NCBI GenBank assembly: GCA_045652745.1 | Contig: JAZRUW010000004.1 | Coordinates: 24,277 to 88,276, forward strand | Direction of reading: 5' to 3' | From: Clostridia bacterium | GTDB taxonomy: Bacteria > Bacillota > Clostridia > UBA1381 > UMGS1253 | Length of the DNA stretch: 64,000 nucleotides | In this document: in pieces, positions 54,910-64,000 of the stretch | How the letters are laid out: every line of letters starts with the position of its first letter | Numbering within the stretch: the stretch's first letter is position 1 | Notes under the pieces: model-generated | Database searches by the model: none | The model's input: the letters and a program-made list of their open reading frames with translations, nothing else | What the model was told of the DNA's origin: nothing | Translations under genes and position numbers: made by a program

Positions 54910-55881
54910 TTACCAGCTCATTACCTTGCAAAGGCGAATCAAATCCGGATTCATCTCCTTCTTCATTGCAAGACCTTCATCAATATCTACATCACAGGTT
55001 CTGTGATTTTTTACAACAATCAAGCGATTGGATTTACCCTCCATGAGTGCCTCCACCGCTTTTAAGCCCATCTCACTTGCACGCACGCGGTCTTCCACCG
55101 TCGGCGAGCCGCCGCGCTGCATGTGTCCAAGTATAGTTGCGGTGGTTTTAATGCCTGTGCGATTTTCAATTTCCGCCGCCATTCCCATCGCGCCGCCGAC
55201 ACCCTCGGCCACAATGACAAGATAGTGTGTCTTGCCACGGTTTTTACCTTCAATAATCGGACGGAGCACATCTTCATCAAAATCAAGTTTCTTTTCCGGA
55301 ATAATTACGGCTTCCGCACCGCAAGCAATACCTGCATGTACGGCAATGTAGCCTGCATCACGGCCCATCACTTCAATGACGGAACTGCGTTCATGGCTCG
55401 ATGCCGTATCACGGATTTTGTCAATCGCATCCTTAGCCGTATTGAGCGCCGTATCATAACCGATGCAATACTCCGTACAACCGATGTCGTTGTCAATCGT
55501 TGCCGGAATACCAATGGTTTTTACGCCGGCCTTTGCCAAATCACGCGCACCGCGAAAAGACCCGTCTCCGCCGATGACCACAAGTCCGTCCAAGCCGAAA
55601 ATTTTCGCAATCTCCGCACCGCGCTGTACACCCTCTGGTGTGGAAAATTCCGGACATCTTGCCGTTTGCAGAATTGTACCGCCACGCTGGAGCGTTTCCG
55701 ATACGCTTCTGGCATTCATTTCAAATATATCTCCGTTAATCAATCCTTTATAGCCTTTACGGATACCCATCACCTGGATACCGTTATACACTGCGGTACG
55801 TACAACACTTCGTACAGCCGCATTCATCCCCGGCGCATCGCCGCCGCTGGTCAGCACACCGATTTTCTTTACTGCACTCAT
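54910..55881 (-). CDS. pfkA: ATP-dependent 6-phosphofructokinase
   Basis: IGVLTSGGDAPGMNA, GGDGS, PATIDND and MGR motifs. Confidence 0.95.
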   Translation of the reverse strand: MSAVKKIGVLTSGGDAPGMNAAVRSVVRTAVYNGIQVMGIRKGYKGLINGDIFEMNARSVSETLQRGGTILQTARCPEFSTPEGVQRGAEIAKIFGLDGLVVIGGDGSFRGARDLAKAGVKTIGIPATIDNDIGCTEYCIGYDTALNTAKDAIDKIRDTASSHERSSVIEVMGRDAGYIAVHAGIACGAEAVIIPEKKLDFDEDVLRPIIEGKNRGKTHYLVIVAEGVGGAMGMAAEIENRTGIKTTATILGHMQRGGSPTVEDRVRASEMGLKAVEALMEGKSNRLIVVKNHRTCDVDIDEGLAMKKEMNPDLIRLCKVMSW

Positions 55882-55908
55882 TTGAGTCGCCTCCTTAAGT
55901 CTCAGCCG

Positions 55909-56106
55909 CTACACCGTTTCGTCAATAATCACTTCATGCGCCTGCGCAACTTCCGCCTCCGGCACGAGCACCTCAATACTGCCGTCATCCGCGGTTGCCG
56001 CATCGTAGAGCGGGCGCAAACGTGCGATAATACCTTTATCTTCCAAAAGTTCCTTTAATCGTTTTGCAACCGATTTGCTTTTGGCAATATAAATCACTGT
56101 CCACAT
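55909..56106 (-). CDS. small hypothetical protein (65 aa) between dnaE and pfkA
   Basis: Intact ORF in operon context. Sequence begins MWTVIYIAKSKSVAKRLKELLEDKGIIARLRPL. No family assigned with confidence. Confidence 0.6.
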   Translation of the reverse strand: MWTVIYIAKSKSVAKRLKELLEDKGIIARLRPLYDAATADDGSIEVLVPEAEVAQAHEVIIDETV

Positions 56107-56183
56107 GGATAAACTCTCCTTTAAGAGAAAATTTTCACGCTCTTGTCATTTTACACCAAATTGCGGCAAAATGCAACTTTTTC

Positions 56184-59100
56184 TTATTTATACTTAACGC
56201 AGTCTTCGCCTAAAAGCGCAGAAAGTTCCTGTGTCAGCGCATCGGATGCATCGCACCAAAGTTCACGGCTCGTACACTTAATTTCGCTGGTTTTTTCAAA
56301 AAATATACATACAGGTGTTTCGCCGCTATGCGCCGCAATCACCTTTTTTACCGCACTCCATGCCGATTCGTTGCCTGTTTTTAATTTGATGAAAAGTTTT
56401 TGCGCATTCTGCGCGCCGAGCACCTGCTCCATCGGCGTGATGCTTTCCAAAATCAGCTTCGGTGCTTCATCTTCACGCAGACTGACACGCGCTTTGATAA
56501 ACACGATTTCGTCTTCATTCATCATCGCGGCGCATGCCTCATATTTTTTCGGAAATACGATAACATCCAGACTGCCGTACAAATCCTCAAAGCGCAGAAA
56601 TGCCATCATGGTTGCGCTCTTTGTGGTCTTATTACGCCGCGCCGTAATGATGCCGCCGACCGTTACAAAATCCCCGTCTTTAAAACGCCCGTCCTGCGCA
56701 ATCACATAATCGCCGCTCTCATCCTGCGTCGCTAAAGCGTTGATTTCGCCTAAGTTTGCATTGGAAAAACGCAAAATGGTATCCTTATAATCATCGAGCG
56801 GATGCCCCGACAGATACAGGCCTATCGTTTCCTTTTCCATCGCCAAAAGGTCGCGCTTTTCATATTCCGGCAAACGCGCAAAAGCATCGTCTGCTTTTGC
56901 CTGTGCCGGCTCATCGTCAAAGAGCGAAAGCTGGCCTTCAAGCACATCTTTGTTGCCTGCGCTGATCGTGCCCACAAGATGCTCATACGTCCCCATCAGC
57001 GTGGCGCGGGTATGTCCGAGCGAGTCAAACGCACCGCAACGGATTAAATTTTCCAGCGAGCGTTTGTTTAAGTCGCTTTGCGCCATACGCTCGGCAAAAT
57101 CCGTAAATCCCTTAAATTCGCCGCGTGCCTCACGCTCTTCGGCAATCTGCACCAAAAGTCTGTGCCCGACATTTTTTACTGCCTCCAGACCGAAGCGGAG
57201 GTTACCGTCTTCGACGGTAAACCCATAAAAACTTTTATTGATATCCGGCGGCAGAATGCGAATACCCATACGCTCACATTCAAAAATATACCCCACCGTC
57301 TTGTCCGTATCACTCATGGTCGAGCTAATCAGCGCCGCCATGTACTCTGCCGGATAAAACGCCTTTAAATACGCCGTCTGATATGCAACAACTGCATAAG
57401 CCGCCGCATGCGACTTGTTAAATGCGTAGCTTGCAAAGTCCATAATTTCATCAAAGATGCTCTTGGCCACTTCTTCCGAAATGCCGCGCGCGATTGCACC
57501 TTCAATAATTATATTCCCGTTTTCATCCTTTAAGCCGTAAATAAAATTTTGTCGCTCGATTTCCATAACATCGTGCTTTTTCTTACTCATCGCACGGCGC
57601 AAAAGGTCAGCCTTGCCGAGCGAATATCCTGCAAGTTTCTGCACAATCTGCAATACCTGCTCCTGATAAATAATACAGCCGTAGGTCACATCCAAAATGG
57701 ATTCAAGCATCGGATGCTTATAGGTAATTTTGTCCGGATGGTTTTTGTTTTTGATGTAGCGCGGAATCTGCTCCATCGGACCCGGACGGTACAAGGAAAT
57801 ACCGGCAATAATATCTTCGAGCGAAGACGGCCGAAGTTCTTTCATAAAGTCACGCATGCCGGCACTTTCGAGCTGGAAAATACCCGAGGTTTCGCCCGAA
57901 GAAATCAAGTCGAACACCTCTTTGTCCCTATAATCCAGCTTCGCCAAATCCGGTGCATCCCCACGCGTTTTTTTAATGTTTTCGAGCGCATTGGCAATCA
58001 CCGTTAAGTTGCGCAGACCCAAAAAGTCCATTTTTAAAAGACCGAGGTCACTTAAATTGTCCATATGATACTGCGTGGTGGTAACATCCTTTGCGAATTG
58101 AAGCGGTACCTGATGCGATACCGGCTCACCGGCAATGACGACACCCGCCGCATGCACACCGCTGTGGCGCGGCAACCCCTCGATGGCCTTTGCCGTATCG
58201 AGCAATTCTCGGATGCTGTCCTCCTGCGCATACAGCTCATGCAGTTCCGGATTGATGTCAATCGCCTTTTCAATCGTCATTTTCAAATCAAAAGGCACCA
58301 GTTTTGCTACGCGGTCTACCGTGGCCAGCGGCACATTTAAGGCTCTGCCCACGTCGCGGATGGCGGCGCGCGCCTTGAGTGTACCGAAGGTGATAATTTG
58401 CGCCACACGATCTGCACCGTACTTGCGGTTGACATAGTCAATCACTTCGCCGCGGCGTTCAATACAAAAGTCCGTATCAATATCCGGCATGCTCACGCGC
58501 TCCGGATTTAAGAAACGCTCAAAAAGCAGATTATAGCGAAGCGGGTCAATCGTGGTGATATCCAGCGTGTATGCTACAATACTGCCCGCGCCCGAGCCTC
58601 GGCCCGGACCAACCGCAATGCCGTTATCCTTGGCATACTTGATAAAGTCCCACACAATCAAAAAGTAATCGACATACCCCATCGAAGAAATGACACCGAG
58701 TTCATACTCTAATCGGTCGGTATGCACCTTGGTTACTTCGCTGTACCGCTTAGACAGTCCCTCGCGGCACAGTTTTTCCAGATACGACTGCGAGGTATAC
58801 CCTTCCGGTACATCAAACTTCGGCAAATGCACCTGCGAAAAGTCAAAATCATAATTACACCGTTCGGCAATTTTATTCGTATTTTCCACCGCTTCGGGAA
58901 TCCACGAAAACAACTCTGCCATTTCCACGCCGCTCTTCAAATAAAATTCGTCCGACCCGAAGCGCATGCGGTCCGGATCTTCCACGGTTTTGCCCATCTG
59001 GATACACATAAGTACATCCTGATACTTAGCATCCTCCCTGCGGATATAGTGCAGGTCATTTGTGCATACGAGCGGCGCACCGATTTCGCGCGCCAGACGC

Positions 59101-59681
59101 ACGAGTGCCGGATTTGTTTTCTTTTGCTCCTCCAAGCCGTGGTCCTGCAACTCTATATAATAGTTTTCCTTGCCGAATACGCGCTGATAGTAAAGTGCTG
59201 TCTGTTTTGCGCCCTCGTAATCGCCGTCTAACAGCAGGCTCGGCAGTTCGCCTGCCAGACAGGCAGACAAGCAAATAAGGCCCTCGCTGTGGCGCTCTAA
59301 AAGCTCTTTATCCACGCGCGGCTTATAGTAAAAGCCTTCCGTAAAGGCATCGGAAACCATTTCAATCAGATTGCGGTAACCGACCTCATCTTTACACAAC
59401 AAAACAAGATGGTGATTGCGCGCGTCCATCTCGTGCGCTTTATCAAAGCGCGTACGCGGACAAACATAGACCTCACAGCCGATAATCGGCTTGATACCTG
59501 CCGCCTTTGCCGCCTTGTAAAAATCGACAGCGCCGTACATCACACCGTGGTCGGTGATGGCAATGGCATCCATGTTCATCTGTTTGGCGGTTTCCACCAG
59601 TTTTTTCACCGGTGCGGCACCGTCTAACAGCGAATACTCCGTATGTACATGTAAGTGTGTAAATTTTACGGTTTCAATCAT
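56184..59681 (-). CDS. dnaE: DNA polymerase III subunit alpha (DnaE type)
   Basis: N-terminal PHP domain (FTHLHVHTEYSLLDGA), polymerase core (PDIDTDF), C-terminal OB fold, 1165 aa. Confidence 0.96.
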   Translation of the reverse strand: MIETVKFTHLHVHTEYSLLDGAAPVKKLVETAKQMNMDAIAITDHGVMYGAVDFYKAAKAAGIKPIIGCEVYVCPRTRFDKAHEMDARNHHLVLLCKDEVGYRNLIEMVSDAFTEGFYYKPRVDKELLERHSEGLICLSACLAGELPSLLLDGDYEGAKQTALYYQRVFGKENYYIELQDHGLEEQKKTNPALVRLAREIGAPLVCTNDLHYIRREDAKYQDVLMCIQMGKTVEDPDRMRFGSDEFYLKSGVEMAELFSWIPEAVENTNKIAERCNYDFDFSQVHLPKFDVPEGYTSQSYLEKLCREGLSKRYSEVTKVHTDRLEYELGVISSMGYVDYFLIVWDFIKYAKDNGIAVGPGRGSGAGSIVAYTLDITTIDPLRYNLLFERFLNPERVSMPDIDTDFCIERRGEVIDYVNRKYGADRVAQIITFGTLKARAAIRDVGRALNVPLATVDRVAKLVPFDLKMTIEKAIDINPELHELYAQEDSIRELLDTAKAIEGLPRHSGVHAAGVVIAGEPVSHQVPLQFAKDVTTTQYHMDNLSDLGLLKMDFLGLRNLTVIANALENIKKTRGDAPDLAKLDYRDKEVFDLISSGETSGIFQLESAGMRDFMKELRPSSLEDIIAGISLYRPGPMEQIPRYIKNKNHPDKITYKHPMLESILDVTYGCIIYQEQVLQIVQKLAGYSLGKADLLRRAMSKKKHDVMEIERQNFIYGLKDENGNIIIEGAIARGISEEVAKSIFDEIMDFASYAFNKSHAAAYAVVAYQTAYLKAFYPAEYMAALISSTMSDTDKTVGYIFECERMGIRILPPDINKSFYGFTVEDGNLRFGLEAVKNVGHRLLVQIAEEREARGEFKGFTDFAERMAQSDLNKRSLENLIRCGAFDSLGHTRATLMGTYEHLVGTISAGNKDVLEGQLSLFDDEPAQAKADDAFARLPEYEKRDLLAMEKETIGLYLSGHPLDDYKDTILRFSNANLGEINALATQDESGDYVIAQDGRFKDGDFVTVGGIITARRNKTTKSATMMAFLRFEDLYGSLDVIVFPKKYEACAAMMNEDEIVFIKARVSLREDEAPKLILESITPMEQVLGAQNAQKLFIKLKTGNESAWSAVKKVIAAHSGETPVCIFFEKTSEIKCTSRELWCDASDALTQELSALLGEDCVKYK

Positions 59682-59695
59682 AATATTATCCTCAA

Positions 59696-60583
59696 TTACA
59701 AACTTTCCCCGATTTCAATCAGTTTGGCCAAGCGGTGATTCGCGCCTGATTTTCCAATCGGCGGCGACAAAAGCCCCGCCAATTCTGACAGCGGCAGTTC
59801 CGGATTTTCCATACGTACCTGTGCCATCTCGAAAAGCTGCGGCGGCAAAGCCTCCAATCCGATGATACGCTCAATTTTTGCAATCGCCGCCAGTTGTCGC
59901 TGCGCCGCATTCATCGTTTTGGCAATGTTTGCGCTGTCGCAGTTGAGTTGACGGTTTACGCGATTTCGCACCTCGCGCTCAATTTTGATGTTATAGTAAT
60001 CCATCATTGTGCGGCCCGCACCAATCCATCCTAAAAGCTCGGCAATTGCTTCGCTGTCTTTTATGTACACCACAAAATGGTTTTTGCGGACGGTCATGCC
60101 TGCAATATAACCCTGCGTAGCCAAAAGCTGTGTCAAGCCTTCGGCCAATTTCGGGTTTACGGTCGTAAACTCCAAATGATAATTCTTTTCCGGATCAGCC
60201 ACCGAACCGCCACCTAAAAAAGCGCCGCGCAAAAACGATGCCACACAGCAATCCGTTTGCCCGCCCGTTTTCTCCGGTTCTAAGCTGTCGCTGATGCCTA
60301 CCGTGCGCAAAAACGATGCGGCAGTCTCTTCTTCCACCACTACACCGAACAAGCCGCCTGCTTTTTTGGGCGGCTCCATGGTAACCACCTTTGTTAAGGT
60401 CACCTCGCGGATGAGCGCACAAATTCTGTCTGCTATATTTTTATTTTCAATGGCGAGGCGGATGCGTCCTTTGCGCTTCGCGCCTGCAAAGCAAACAAGG
60501 GCCGCAAGCTCACTTTGCTTGCAGCACCATGTTTCTGCCTCTACCTTGCACAATGCATTTTTCGTTTCAGCCGAAAAGGTCAT
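59696..60583 (-). CDS. whiA: DNA-binding protein WhiA
   Basis: MTFSAETKNALCKV N-terminus, LAGLIDADG-like middle region, and a C-terminal HTH (SELAGLLSPPIGKSGANHRLAKL). Confidence 0.93.
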   Translation of the reverse strand: MTFSAETKNALCKVEAETWCCKQSELAALVCFAGAKRKGRIRLAIENKNIADRICALIREVTLTKVVTMEPPKKAGGLFGVVVEEETAASFLRTVGISDSLEPEKTGGQTDCCVASFLRGAFLGGGSVADPEKNYHLEFTTVNPKLAEGLTQLLATQGYIAGMTVRKNHFVVYIKDSEAIAELLGWIGAGRTMMDYYNIKIEREVRNRVNRQLNCDSANIAKTMNAAQRQLAAIAKIERIIGLEALPPQLFEMAQVRMENPELPLSELAGLLSPPIGKSGANHRLAKLIEIGESL

Positions 60584-60586
60584 CGT

Positions 60587-61447
60587 TTAAACCTCTCTTT
60601 GAATATCGCGGTGTGTCACCACCGCATTGTAGCCGTTTTCCTTCAAATACTTGTATAACTCCGTTGCCAGGGTCACGCTTCTGTGATGTCCGCCCGTACA
60701 ACCGATGCCGATCACAAGTTGGCTCTTGCCTTCCTCAATATAGTACGGTATCAGATACGTTACCATATCCTTTAATTTTTCCAAAAAGGTCTGTGTCTGT
60801 TCAAATTTTAAAACATACGAAGACACATTTTCCTCCAAACCCGTATGGTGCTTTAACTCATCCTTGTAGTAAGGATTCGGCAAAAAGCGCACGTCAAACA
60901 CCAAATCACCGTCAATGATAATGCCGTACTTGTATCCGAAAGATGTAACGTTAATGACAATCGAACGCGAATCTCCATCCTCGGAAACAATTTCTCGAAT
61001 GGTTTCTTTCAGTTGCGTTGTACTCAGGTTGGATGTGTCCACAATGTGATTTGCCTTGTTTTTAACATACTCTAAAATTTCGCGCTCTTTGTGAATGGCA
61101 TCAATGAGTCTGCCGTCACGCGCAAGCGGATGCATTCTGCGGCTTTCTTTGTAGCGCTTCACAAGCACATCGTCTTTGGCATCCAAAAACAAAACATCGT
61201 AAGAATATCCCGATGCTTTTAAGTTGTTGAGTTCATTAAACAGTTCGGCAAACATATCGCCGCCACGGATGTCAATCACCATGGCAACCTTGTCAATTTT
61301 ACCATTCGAGGCATAGAAAATTTCCGCCAGTTTCGGAATCAGCGCCGGCGGCATATTGTCGATGCAATAATAATCCATATCCTCCAGACAACGGATAACC
61401 TGCGTTTTGCCCGCGCCGGATAAGCCTGTAATAATGATAAATCGCAT
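60587..61447 (-). CDS. rapZ: RNase adapter protein RapZ (YvcJ)
   Basis: MRFIIITGLSGAGKT carries the P-loop. The C-terminal region contains IGCTGGHHRSV. Confidence 0.93.
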   Translation of the reverse strand: MRFIIITGLSGAGKTQVIRCLEDMDYYCIDNMPPALIPKLAEIFYASNGKIDKVAMVIDIRGGDMFAELFNELNNLKASGYSYDVLFLDAKDDVLVKRYKESRRMHPLARDGRLIDAIHKEREILEYVKNKANHIVDTSNLSTTQLKETIREIVSEDGDSRSIVINVTSFGYKYGIIIDGDLVFDVRFLPNPYYKDELKHHTGLEENVSSYVLKFEQTQTFLEKLKDMVTYLIPYYIEEGKSQLVIGIGCTGGHHRSVTLATELYKYLKENGYNAVVTHRDIQREV

Positions 61448-61476
61448 ATGCTACTCCTCCTTGGTTTTTTTCCAGT

Positions 61477-62388
61477 CTAAAAACCTAATTTCCGAACTTC
61501 ACATTCCAATTCCACTCCGAAATTATCTTTAACCGTTTTTTGAATGTGTGCAATCACTGCACAGACATCTGCCGCCGTTGCACCGCCCTTGTTTACAATA
61601 AAGCCTGCATGTTTTTCCGACACGCACGCACCGCCGACCGTGTAACCTTTTAAGCCCGATTGCTCAATGAGCGCACCGGCAAAATGCCCCTCCGGTCTTT
61701 TAAATACCGAGCCGCAGCTCGGATATTCCAGCGGCTGTTTGTCGTTTCTTTTCTTCGCATAGGCCGCCATCGCTTCGCGAATGGCCGCCTTGTCGCCCGA
61801 CGTTAAACGAAATACAGCTTCCAGCACGATATAACCGCGCTTTAAATAGATGCTGCTTCTATAACCGTACTCGCTTTCCTGCGGCGTTAAGCACAGCACG
61901 CTGTCCGTTTGCGGGTCATAACAGGTCACGCGCTCGAGCACATCGGCAATCTCACCGCCGTAAGCGCCCGCGTTCATTGCTACCGCACCGCCGACATTGC
62001 CGAAAATACCCGAAATCGGCTCCATGCCGCCAAGTGCATTTTCCGCCGCAAAAGCCGCCGCGCGCGACAGCGCCACGCCTGCCCCTGCAATAATGCGATT
62101 GCCCTCTACACGAAGCGAACGCATATTTTTTCCGCAAATGAGCACTACACCGCGGATGCCGTCATCGCTGACAAGCAGATTGCTGCCGCCGCCGATTACC
62201 GTATACGCAATATTTTCACGTTTGCACGCCGCCAGCACCGTCCGGATTTGCTCTGCCCCGTCCGGAAATACCACGCAATCCGCATTGCCGCCGATTTGAT
62301 AGGCGGTATGCAGACGCATCGGTTCATCATAGCATACTTCAATATTTTCTTTTGCAAGTACGTCTTTGAATGCCTGACTAAAAGACAT
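61477..62388 (-). CDS. murB: UDP-N-acetylmuramate dehydrogenase
   Basis: FAD-binding domain (TVIGGGSNLLVSD) and catalytic region (PSCGSVFKRP). Confidence 0.94.
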   Translation of the reverse strand: MSFSQAFKDVLAKENIEVCYDEPMRLHTAYQIGGNADCVVFPDGAEQIRTVLAACKRENIAYTVIGGGSNLLVSDDGIRGVVLICGKNMRSLRVEGNRIIAGAGVALSRAAAFAAENALGGMEPISGIFGNVGGAVAMNAGAYGGEIADVLERVTCYDPQTDSVLCLTPQESEYGYRSSIYLKRGYIVLEAVFRLTSGDKAAIREAMAAYAKKRNDKQPLEYPSCGSVFKRPEGHFAGALIEQSGLKGYTVGGACVSEKHAGFIVNKGGATAADVCAVIAHIQKTVKDNFGVELECEVRKLGF

Positions 62389-62408
62389 AACTGCCTCCTC
62401 AAAAAAAA

Positions 62409-63350
62409 TTATTCACCCAAAAGCGCCGCGCCAATAATACCGGCATCATTGCCGAGCTGTGCCGCAACAATGCGTGTATGTACGCCGTTGTGCTTATACG
62501 TTTCCGTTTCGCAGAGTTTGCGAATCGGGTCAAGCAGATAGTCGCCCTCTTTGCTGATGGCGCCGCCAATGAACAGCACCTCCGGCTGGAAGATGTTAAT
62601 CATGGAAGCCACACCCTCGCCGACAGCGCGGATGTATGTATCCACAACCGCCTGCGCAACCGGATCGCCTGCTTTCGCCGCATCAAACGAAGTACGGCCG
62701 TTGACGCGTTCAAGGTCGCCCTCTACTGCCTTTGCCATTGCGCAATCCGGATTTGCCTTAATTGCCTTTTTCGTTTCACGAATCAGCGCGGACACGGAGG
62801 CCTCGGTCTCCCAGCAGCCGTATCTGCCGCAACCGCACTTGTTTTTGCTGTTTTTATCTACTTGAATGTGGCCGATTTCCGCACCGACACCGTTAAAACC
62901 CTCGTAAATTTTACCGTTTAAGATGATACCGCCGCCCACGCCGGTGCCGAGCGTTACAAAGAGCATACTCTCCATCTCTTTACCGATGACTTTGTATTCA
63001 CCAAACGCCGCCACATTGGCGTCGTTACCCAAGTACGCCGGCACGCCGGTTTCCTTTGTAATGATTTCACAAATGTGCGTTTCTTTAAAATTTATATTTG
63101 CGGAAAATGCGCAAATACCTGTTTTGGAGTTACAAGCACCCGGACAGCCGACACCGATACCCTTGATGTCCTTGATGCCAAGCCCGTTTTCCTCGGCGAG
63201 TTCAATCGCAAGTTTTGCCATAGATTTGGCAATTTCATCGCCCGGGCGTTGTGCCCCCGTCGGCGCAGTCTTGGTTGCCACAATTTTATAGCTTTCATCT
63301 ACAAGGCCCGCTTTAATCGACATGCCGCCCAAATCAATACCAATATACAT
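62409..63350 (-). CDS. glcK: ROK-family glucokinase
   Basis: IGIDLGGMSIK, ROK signature and Zn motif HIQVD...CGCGRYGCWE. Confidence 0.9.
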   Translation of the reverse strand: MYIGIDLGGMSIKAGLVDESYKIVATKTAPTGAQRPGDEIAKSMAKLAIELAEENGLGIKDIKGIGVGCPGACNSKTGICAFSANINFKETHICEIITKETGVPAYLGNDANVAAFGEYKVIGKEMESMLFVTLGTGVGGGIILNGKIYEGFNGVGAEIGHIQVDKNSKNKCGCGRYGCWETEASVSALIRETKKAIKANPDCAMAKAVEGDLERVNGRTSFDAAKAGDPVAQAVVDTYIRAVGEGVASMINIFQPEVLFIGGAISKEGDYLLDPIRKLCETETYKHNGVHTRIVAAQLGNDAGIIGAALLGE

Positions 63351-63370
63351 TGTACTGTCTACCTGACTTT

Positions 63371-64000
63371 CTATTCCTCCTGCGGCTGATTTTTTTCCAG
63401 CTGCGCCATCAGTCGGTCATCCATTTCCTTGGCTGCATTGTAGCCCATCTTCTTTTGACGGTTGTTCATCGCCGCCACCTCCACAATCACCGCAAGATTT
63501 CTGCCCGGACGTACCGGCACGGTGAGCGAAGGCACATTGATGCCCAAAATATTCGTGTATTCATCCACTAAACCGAGGCGGTCGTACTGTTTTGCATCCT
63601 CCCAAGGCTCCAAATGAATCACCAAGTCAATTTTTTCCGATACCTTAACCGCACCCATACCATACAGGCGACGGATATCTACGATACCGATACCGCGAAG
63701 CTCAATAAAATAGCGGATAATATCCGGCGCAGAGCCGACCAACGTTTTATCGGATACGCGCTTGATTTCCACAGCGTCATCTGCCACAAAGCGGTGACCG
63801 CGCTTGACAAGCTCTACGGCACATTCGCTTTTACCGACGCCGCTTTCGCCTAAAATCAGCACGCCTTCGCCGTGCACTTCCACCAATACACCATGGCGCG
63901 TGATACGCGGCGCAAGATTTAAATTCAGATAACTAATCAGTGCCGCCGTAAAGCCCGATGTACTCATCCCCGTCCGGCATACCGTCACATCGTGCGTTCG
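63371..64000 (-). CDS. hprK: HPr kinase/phosphorylase, C-terminal about 210 aa (gene continues beyond the right edge)
   Basis: P-loop GESGVGKSE, and the signature [16 protein letters not shown]. The frame stays open upstream of 63988 to the window end. Confidence 0.9.
   Translation of the reverse strand, partial: RTHDVTVCRTGMSTSGFTAALISYLNLNLAPRITRHGVLVEVHGEGVLILGESGVGKSECAVELVKRGHRFVADDAVEIKRVSDKTLVGSAPDIIRYFIELRGIGIVDIRRLYGMGAVKVSEKIDLVIHLEPWEDAKQYDRLGLVDEYTNILGINVPSLTVPVRPGRNLAVIVEVAAMNNRQKKMGYNAAKEMDDRLMAQLEKNQPQEE

Noticed and set aside
55123-56058. 311-aa + strand ORF
   Set aside because: Antisense to pfkA. It is a shadow ORF.

Overview
About 50% GC chromosomal segment from a spore-forming Firmicute, probably Clostridia (spoIVA, spoIVB and spoVB-like genes, whiA, an Rnf complex, split transketolase). 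Most of the window is densely packed core housekeeping. This includes a WalRK-like two-component system, azlCD, nrdDG, the ftsY-smc-rnc-acpP-plsX string, and an FMN riboswitch with ribU. It also includes rnfCDGEAB, trxB, tkt, mrnC-cysS-cysE, aroK, metA, htpG, deoC, and pgsA-pfkA-dnaE-whiA-rapZ-murB-glcK-hprK. I found no CRISPR array, intact transposase or integrase, rRNA, or recognisable defence system. The unusual material lies in a few short, mostly AT-rich intergenic or accessory patches. (1) A low-GC patch next to tRNA-Thr/tRNA-Tyr (about 5.98-8.0 kb) has a 15-nt duplicate of the tRNA-Tyr 3' end. It also holds a dyad-symmetric array of seven different mini-hairpins joined by TGAAAT/ATTTCA linkers, an orphan Avd-like four-helix-bundle gene, and two decaying HTH/small-ORF modules. 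(2) An 828-bp cassette bounded by 52-bp direct repeats lies downstream of nrdD. It has its own promoter, a long hairpin plus terminator (candidate sRNA or leader), a 36-aa ORF and a small membrane protein. (3) NrdD carries a C-terminal glutaredoxin/NrdH-like domain. (4) A tandemly duplicated 93-nt structured element lies inside the cysS-mrnC operon. (5) A divergent XRE plus cysteine-rich mini-protein pair sits next to azlCD. (6) A perfect CIRCE operator precedes htpG. All functional calls rest on reading the translated ORFs and motifs by eye. No database search was possible.
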